Origin: Arcobacteraceae bacterium
Lineage (GTDB): Bacteria > Campylobacterota > Campylobacteria > Campylobacterales > Arcobacteraceae
Length of the DNA stretch: 34,530 nucleotides
Assembly (NCBI GenBank): GCA_048268245.1
Contig: JBLWVX010000027.1
Span: 1 to 34,530, forward strand
Direction: 5' to 3'
Numbering within the stretch: position 1 is the first letter of the stretch; each line of letters opens with the position of its first letter. The position numbers and the translations under genes are program-made. The notes under the pieces were generated by a model. That model was not told the DNA's origin, did not search any database, and saw nothing but the letters and a program-made list of their open reading frames with translations. Shown in pieces: positions 29,391 to 34,530 of this stretch.

Positions 29391-30995
29391 TTATACCTTA
29401 TTCATATTTCTTGCTAGTAAAATAACTGAAATCATACCAATGATTATAATAAACATTGAAGGTACAGATGATTCTACTATTTGAGCTTGTTGTGTTAATT
29501 CTAAGGCTCTAACTGCTAATGTATCATAGTTAAAAGGTCTTAAAATCATTGTAAGAGGAAGCTCTTTAATAACCTCAATAAATATTACTATAAATGCAGA
29601 GAAAGTAGCATTTTTAAGTAATGGTACATATATTTTAAAGAAGGTCTTTTTATCACCTATATTTAATATTTTTGCTGCATCATCATAAGAAGTAGGGATT
29701 CTTGAAAAACCTGATTCAAAACTGTTAATTGATATGGCTAAAAATCTTACACAGTAACCAAATATTACTGCAATAATAGTTCCTGAAATTATAAATGTTT
29801 CAGAAAAAATATCAAAAACATAAGTATCTAAAATAGCAAAGAAAGATAAAATACCAACTCCAACAACTGCACCAGGAATAGAGTATCCCATTTTTACTAT
29901 TTGATTTAATAAAAATGACGTTTTATCACCATTTAGTCTTACATTGTAAACAAAAAGTAAAGCCAAAGCAGTAATGATGAATGCTGAAGAAATTGCTAAT
30001 GTCAATGTTTGATATAATAAAGTCATAAAATCTTCATCTATAATCTCTTCATATGATAATAAAAACCAATAACATAATTGAATAAAAGGTAATAAAAAAC
30101 CTAAGAAAAATGGAACAAAACATATAACAAAAGCAGCTACATTTTTTCCACCACTTAATTTGACTTTATCAATAGGCTTAAAATCTTTTCCTGAACTTTT
30201 ATATACTTTATTTCTTCTTTGTAGCCTTTCAAGTACAATGATGATAAATACAAAAGTCATTAGAATACTAGCAAGCTTTGCAGCATCTTCAACAGAACCC
30301 ATTCCAAACCAAGCTCTAAATATTCCTGTTACAAAGGTACTTACTCCAAAGTATTCCATAACTCCAAAATCAGCAATAGCTTCCATTACAGCTAGTGTAA
30401 CTCCTGCTACAATTGCAGGTCTAGATACTGGTAATATTACTTTTTTTAAGATTTGCCATGAAGATAAGTTGAATGTTTTTGCAGCATCAATAATAGAAGC
30501 AGATTCAAAAGATAAATATGTCTTACAAATTAGATATACATATGGGTATAAAACTAATGACATAATTATAATTGCACCTTCTATTGACATAATATCAAAG
30601 AAGTAAACTTCATTTAATGATGTATCAAATAGTTCTAGTACAAAAGTAGTTACACTTCCTGTAATATCAAACATCCCACCATATATGAATGCCATTATGT
30701 AAGTAGGAATTGCAAATGGTAATATTAGTGCATAGTGAAAGAATCTAGAAAATGTAAATGTATACAATGATGTTAAGTAAGCTGTTGAAAAGCCTATTAT
30801 ACTTGTAAGAATTGCAACACCAAACATAATATATAAGGTATTAAAAATATATTCAAATAATAGGGTATCTTTTAAATGTTGCCAATTGTCACTTGAACCT
30901 GAGAAAAGATATAAGAATATTATGATTGCTGGTGCACTAATAAGCAGTGTTAAAAAAACACTACTTATTTTTAATTTTGAAAAACTATTTATCAA
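29391..30995 (-). CDS. fbpB: Ferric iron ABC transporter permease (two fused TM domains)
   Basis: 534 aa with two EAA-like loops (IDAAKTFN, DDAAKILN), YPYVYL and KELPLT. Confidence 0.88.
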   Translation of the reverse strand: MINSFSKLKISSVFLTLLISAPAIIIFLYLFSGSSDNWQHLKDTLLFEYIFNTLYIMFGVAILTSIIGFSTAYLTSLYTFTFSRFFHYALILPFAIPTYIMAFIYGGMFDITGSVTTFVLELFDTSLNEVYFFDIMSIEGAIIIMSLVLYPYVYLICKTYLSFESASIIDAAKTFNLSSWQILKKVILPVSRPAIVAGVTLAVMEAIADFGVMEYFGVSTFVTGIFRAWFGMGSVEDAAKLASILMTFVFIIIVLERLQRRNKVYKSSGKDFKPIDKVKLSGGKNVAAFVICFVPFFLGFLLPFIQLCYWFLLSYEEIIDEDFMTLLYQTLTLAISSAFIITALALLFVYNVRLNGDKTSFLLNQIVKMGYSIPGAVVGVGILSFFAILDTYVFDIFSETFIISGTIIAVIFGYCVRFLAISINSFESGFSRIPTSYDDAAKILNIGDKKTFFKIYVPLLKNATFSAFIVIFIEVIKELPLTMILRPFNYDTLAVRALELTQQAQIVESSVPSMFIIIIGMISVILLARNMNKV

Positions 30996-31001
30996 TTATA
31001 A

Positions 31002-32009
31002 TTACTTCCATCCTGCTTGATCAAATACTTTGATTGCAGCTGCATTATTTTCACCTAAAGTGTTAATCGAAATTGTATCATCTTTAAACTGACCCCAAGA
31101 TGAAACTAAATCAGAATTTTTAACACCTGCTAATACAGGATACTCATAGTTAGCTTTTGCAAATAATTCTTGTGCTTCTTTTGATGCCATAAATTCAATA
31201 AATTTAATTGCATTCTCTTTATTAGGAGCATATTTAGCTACACCAGCACCAGATACATTGATATGTGTTCCACCATTTTCAAATTTAGGGAAGAAAATTT
31301 TAACTTTTTTCACTGATTCTCTTTGTGAAGCATCTTTATTATTTACCATTTTACCAATGTAATATGTATTTGCAATTGCAATCGAACCAATGCCATTAGC
31401 TACAGCTTTAACTTGATATCTATCATTACCTTTAGGAGCCTTAGCCATATTTGCAACTACACCTTTTGCCCATTCTAAAGCTTTTTCTTCACCATGATGT
31501 GCAATCATTGCAGCCATTAAAGATTGGTTATAGATATTATTTGAAGACCTAACCATAATTTGACCTTTAAATTTAGGGTCAGCTAAATCTTCATAAGTTT
31601 TTAATTGATTTTCTACATCTGAACCAATTCTATATACTGCAACTCTAGCTCTTTTAGTTAATGCAAACCATTTGTTGTCTTTATCTCTTAATTTTTCAGG
31701 GATATTTGTTGTTAAATAGTTTGAGTTGATTGATTGTAATAAATCTTTTTGTTTTGCTTGGTACAGTCTTCCTGCATCTACAGTGATTAATACATCTGCA
31801 GGTGATTTAGCACCTTCACTTTCCATTCTTTTGATTAAAGCTGATGCTTTTGCTTTTACAACATTTACTTTAATTCCTGTTTTTTCTTCAAACATTTTGA
31901 ATAGTTGTTTATCTGTATCATAGTGTCTATGTGAGTATACATTTACTTCTGAACTTGCAAGTAGTGAACTTCCTAATACTACTGCTGTTAATGCTAATTT
32001 TTTTAACAT
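31002..32009 (-). CDS. fbpA: Fe(III) ABC transporter periplasmic binding protein (FbpA/FutA/CfbpA type)
   Basis: Sec signal peptide, VYSHRHY, SPADVLITVDAG, NIYNQSL, ANTYY Tyr ligands, HINVSG. Fur-like boxes upstream. Confidence 0.9.
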   Translation of the reverse strand: MLKKLALTAVVLGSSLLASSEVNVYSHRHYDTDKQLFKMFEEKTGIKVNVVKAKASALIKRMESEGAKSPADVLITVDAGRLYQAKQKDLLQSINSNYLTTNIPEKLRDKDNKWFALTKRARVAVYRIGSDVENQLKTYEDLADPKFKGQIMVRSSNNIYNQSLMAAMIAHHGEEKALEWAKGVVANMAKAPKGNDRYQVKAVANGIGSIAIANTYYIGKMVNNKDASQRESVKKVKIFFPKFENGGTHINVSGAGVAKYAPNKENAIKFIEFMASKEAQELFAKANYEYPVLAGVKNSDLVSSWGQFKDDTISINTLGENNAAAIKVFDQAGWK

Positions 32010-32035
32010 AATTTTCCTTTTTATTTTTACTATAC

Positions 32036-32050
32036 TGATAATTGTTATCG
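32036..32050. promoter_or_regulatory. Candidate Fur box 1 over the predicted fbpA transcription start
   Basis: TGATAAT-T-GTTATCG, a 12/14 match to the 7-1-7 consensus TGATAATnATTATCA. Confidence 0.75.
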
Positions 32051-32052
32051 AA

Positions 32053-32058
32053 ATTATA
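32053..32058 (-). promoter_or_regulatory. -10 box of fbpABC
   Basis: TATAAT on the minus strand, immediately upstream of Fur box 1. RBS AAGGA near 32015. Confidence 0.6.
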
Positions 32059-32088
32059 ATGAACTAAAACTTTCATTTTACTTAATAG

Positions 32089-32103
32089 TAAGAATGATTA
32101 TCA
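32089..32103. promoter_or_regulatory. Candidate Fur box 2
   Basis: TAAGAAT-G-ATTATCA, a 12/14 match to the 7-1-7 consensus. Confidence 0.65.
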
Positions 32104-32144
32104 AATTAACAATAATATGTTTTAATTAAAAAAAACAATTTTAT

Positions 32145-32153
32145 TGATATAAT
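32145..32153 (+). promoter_or_regulatory. Extended -10 promoter for pabA/trpG and downstream genes
   Basis: TGATATAAT is a perfect TGnTATAAT. RBS AGAGG lies before the ATG at 32207. Confidence 0.6.
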
Positions 32154-32206
32154 TACTCCAATAATTTAAATATATCATTTTTGATATAAACAGAGGTAAA
32201 TAACAT

Positions 32207-32776
32207 ATGGTATTAATGATTGATAACTATGATTCTTTCACTTACAATATAGTTCAATATTGTTTAGAGTTAGGTGCTGATTTAAAAGTAATTAGAAATG
32301 ACGAATTAACAGTTGATGAAATTGATAAATTAAATCCAGAAAAGATAATTTTATCACCGGGACCTGCTACACCTAATGAAGCAGGAGTGTGCTTAGATGT
32401 GATTAAGTATTTTGCAGATAAAAAACCAATTTTTGGTATTTGTTTAGGTCATCAAAGTATAGCACAAGTTTTTGGAGCAGAGGTGATAAAAGCTAAAAAC
32501 ATGATGCATGGTAAGACATCGAAAATTAAAGTTATTAAGAATTCAGAGATTTTTAAAGGTATACCAAATGAATTTACACAAACTAGATACCATTCTTTAA
32601 CTGTTAAAAAAGATACAATTCCTAAGATAGTTATACCTACATCTGTTAGTTTAGATGATGATGAAATTATGTCTTTAGAAATTAAAGATAAACAAATTTA
32701 CGGAGTACAGTTTCATCCTGAATCAATTATGAGTGAATATGGATATGAAATGTTGGATAACTTTCTAAAGTTGTAA
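32207..32776 (+). CDS. pabA: Aminodeoxychorismate/anthranilate synthase component II (class I glutamine amidotransferase, PabA/TrpG)
   Basis: IDNYDSFT, SPGP, GICLGHQ (catalytic Cys), RYHS, QFHPES. PabA and TrpG cannot be distinguished from sequence alone. Confidence 0.85.
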   Translation: MVLMIDNYDSFTYNIVQYCLELGADLKVIRNDELTVDEIDKLNPEKIILSPGPATPNEAGVCLDVIKYFADKKPIFGICLGHQSIAQVFGAEVIKAKNMMHGKTSKIKVIKNSEIFKGIPNEFTQTRYHSLTVKKDTIPKIVIPTSVSLDDDEIMSLEIKDKQIYGVQFHPESIMSEYGYEMLDNFLKL

Positions 32777-32778
32777 AA

Positions 32779-33969
32779 ATGACAAATATAAAATATGACT
32801 ATTTATTCTATTTAATTTTATCTTTTTTAGTAGTTATATTAATTTATGTTTCAAATACATTAAGTATTTCATATAAAGAAGCACTAAATGTATTTGAAAA
32901 TAGCTCAGTTCTATCTTACATTACTAATACTTCAATATATATATTTGGCCAAAATGATATTGCACTTAGGCTACCATTTATAATTTTTTATACATTAAGT
33001 ATATTATTGATGTATAAATTAACAAGTAATTATTTCAAATATAAAAAAGACCAGTTTTTATCTATATTAATTTTTATGATTCTTCCTGGTGTATTAAGTG
33101 CATCATTACTTGTAAATAGTGCAATTGTTGTTCTTTTTTTTATATTGTTATATATTTTTCTATATGACAGAAATAAAGCACATCCTATTTGGCTACTATT
33201 TTTACTTGTATTTATTGATAACTCTTTTGCAATTTTATTTTTAGCCTTGTTTTTTTATTCTTTGAAGCAAAAAGACAAAACTACTATTTATATATCACTT
33301 TTTTTGTTTGCTTTATCTATGTATATTTATGGTTTTGAAACTGATGGCAAACCAAAAGGTTATTTCCTCGATACCTTTGCAATTTATGCAACAATTTTTT
33401 CACCTTTAGTATTTATATATTTTATTTACACAATTTACAGAGCAGGCATTAAAAATAAAAGAAACTTCGTTTGGTATATTTCTACAACAGCATTAATAGT
33501 GTCTTTACTTTTTTCTTTTAGACAAAGAGTATATATTGAAGATTTTGCACCTTATGTAGTTATATCTATACCTTTTATGCTAAAAATGTTTTATCATTCA
33601 TATAGAATTAGACTCTCGATATTTAGAAAGAAACATTACATTGGAGCTATTATAGTTTTATTCATGTTAGTTATAAACTGTATTTTAACAATCGTAAATA
33701 AACCTTTATATTTATTTTTACCAAATGAAAAGAAACACTTTGCATATAAATATCATTTTGCAAAAGAAATAGCCTCTAAATTGAAAGAATTAGGAGTTAC
33801 TAAAGTAAATGTATATGATGAGAGATTACAATTAAGACTAAAGTATTATGGAATAGAAAAGTCAAATGAATATTATTTATCAAATATAAATGATGGTAAT
33901 AGAAAAAAAATATCAGTTTCATATTATGATAAAGAACTAATGCAACTATATCTTTATGAGAAAAAATAG
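32779..33969 (+). CDS. Polytopic membrane protein, probable GT-C fold (ArnT/PMT-like) glycosyltransferase relative
   Basis: 396 aa with about 10-11 TM segments. N-terminal TM, then ISYKEA, then FGQNDIALRLP, resembling the ArnT/PMT 'FG....a.R' segment. Confidence 0.55.
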   Translation: MTNIKYDYLFYLILSFLVVILIYVSNTLSISYKEALNVFENSSVLSYITNTSIYIFGQNDIALRLPFIIFYTLSILLMYKLTSNYFKYKKDQFLSILIFMILPGVLSASLLVNSAIVVLFFILLYIFLYDRNKAHPIWLLFLLVFIDNSFAILFLALFFYSLKQKDKTTIYISLFLFALSMYIYGFETDGKPKGYFLDTFAIYATIFSPLVFIYFIYTIYRAGIKNKRNFVWYISTTALIVSLLFSFRQRVYIEDFAPYVVISIPFMLKMFYHSYRIRLSIFRKKHYIGAIIVLFMLVINCILTIVNKPLYLFLPNEKKHFAYKYHFAKEIASKLKELGVTKVNVYDERLQLRLKYYGIEKSNEYYLSNINDGNRKKISVSYYDKELMQLYLYEKK

Positions 33970-34530
33970 TTTTACTCTTTTAGAATTAATACTAGTGATT
34001 GTTCTAATATCAATCTTATACACTTCTTTTAAGCTAAATATTAAAAATGACAATAAATTAGAAGAAATATCTAAAAGACTAGAGTTGCAACTTAAATATC
34101 TAAGATATAAAGCTTTGGTTGATTCTAAAAATAGTTATGAACAAGAGAACTGGTATAAAAAAAGATGGACATTGAAGTTTTTTAGATGTAACAAAAATGT
34201 TGGTGGTATATATTATAGTATTTATTCTGATGAGAATATGCTAGGTCATCCAAACAAGATTGAAAGTTTAAAAGATCCTTTATCAAAAAAATACATATAT
34301 AATTCTAATTCATGTGTTGAAAAAGATGATATAAGTAAATATACATTACTTACGAAAAACTACAATATAGAAAGAGTAGAGCTAACATGTAATGAAACAA
34401 CATCATTAGGACAAATATCAATAGGTAATAAAGGAGATGTATATACAAGACTAACAAATGATGATAATACATATAAACTAAAAGAGAATTGTAAAATAAA
34501 ACTGATAAATTTTAAAAATCAAACAAAAGA
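33956..34530 (+). CDS. Prepilin-type N-terminal cleavage/methylation protein (pseudopilin/minor pilin), runs off the window end
   Basis: Not in the ORF track. Manual translation from the ATG at 33956 gives MRKNS|FTLLELILVIVLISILYTSF...WYKKRWTLKFFRC..., open to the window end. It has Phe+1, Glu+5 and a hydrophobic helix, and overlaps the upstream gene by 14 nt. Confidence 0.85.
   Translation, partial: MRKNSFTLLELILVIVLISILYTSFKLNIKNDNKLEEISKRLELQLKYLRYKALVDSKNSYEQENWYKKRWTLKFFRCNKNVGGIYYSIYSDENMLGHPNKIESLKDPLSKKYIYNSNSCVEKDDISKYTLLTKNYNIERVELTCNETTSLGQISIGNKGDVYTRLTNDDNTYKLKENCKIKLINFKNQTK

Noticed and set aside
32171..32188. TATATCA-TTTT-TGATATA inverted repeat in the pabA leader
   Set aside because: Short and AT-rich, with no leader peptide, U-tract or other attenuator features.
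1..34530. tRNA, rRNA, CRISPR arrays, IS elements, prophage or defence genes
   Set aside because: Intergenic gaps are all about 220 nt or shorter. I saw no repeat-spacer periodicity, cloverleaf, transposase or integrase. The dynamin pair lies in a core-genome context rather than a defence island.

Overview
AT-rich chromosomal core-metabolism region of a Campylobacterota bacterium, most likely Arcobacteraceae (inferred from gene content and protein style). About 24 kb is one co-directional minus-strand block: patB/malY, then nuoA-B-CD-E-F, citrate synthase gltA inside the operon, nuoG(short)-H-I-J-K-L-M-N, then frdCAB and a translationally coupled pair of dynamin-like GTPases. The rest holds a UbiD-family menaquinone (futalosine pathway) decarboxylase, a periplasmic-sensor diguanylate cyclase, a ferric-iron ABC transporter with two candidate Fur boxes, a stand-alone PabA/TrpG glutamine amidotransferase, a GT-C-like membrane protein and a prepilin-type protein cut by the window end. 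I saw no RNA genes, mobile elements or CRISPR arrays. The most notable observation is in NuoF. It keeps its FMN and N3 cluster motifs, but the nucleotide pocket is remodelled: YICGEE becomes YICGEK at the known NADH/NADPH discriminator, and all three adenine-stacking Phe are lost. This suggests a complex I that naturally uses NADPH or a donor other than NADH, encoded together with citrate synthase. All calls come from manual motif reading; no searches were run.
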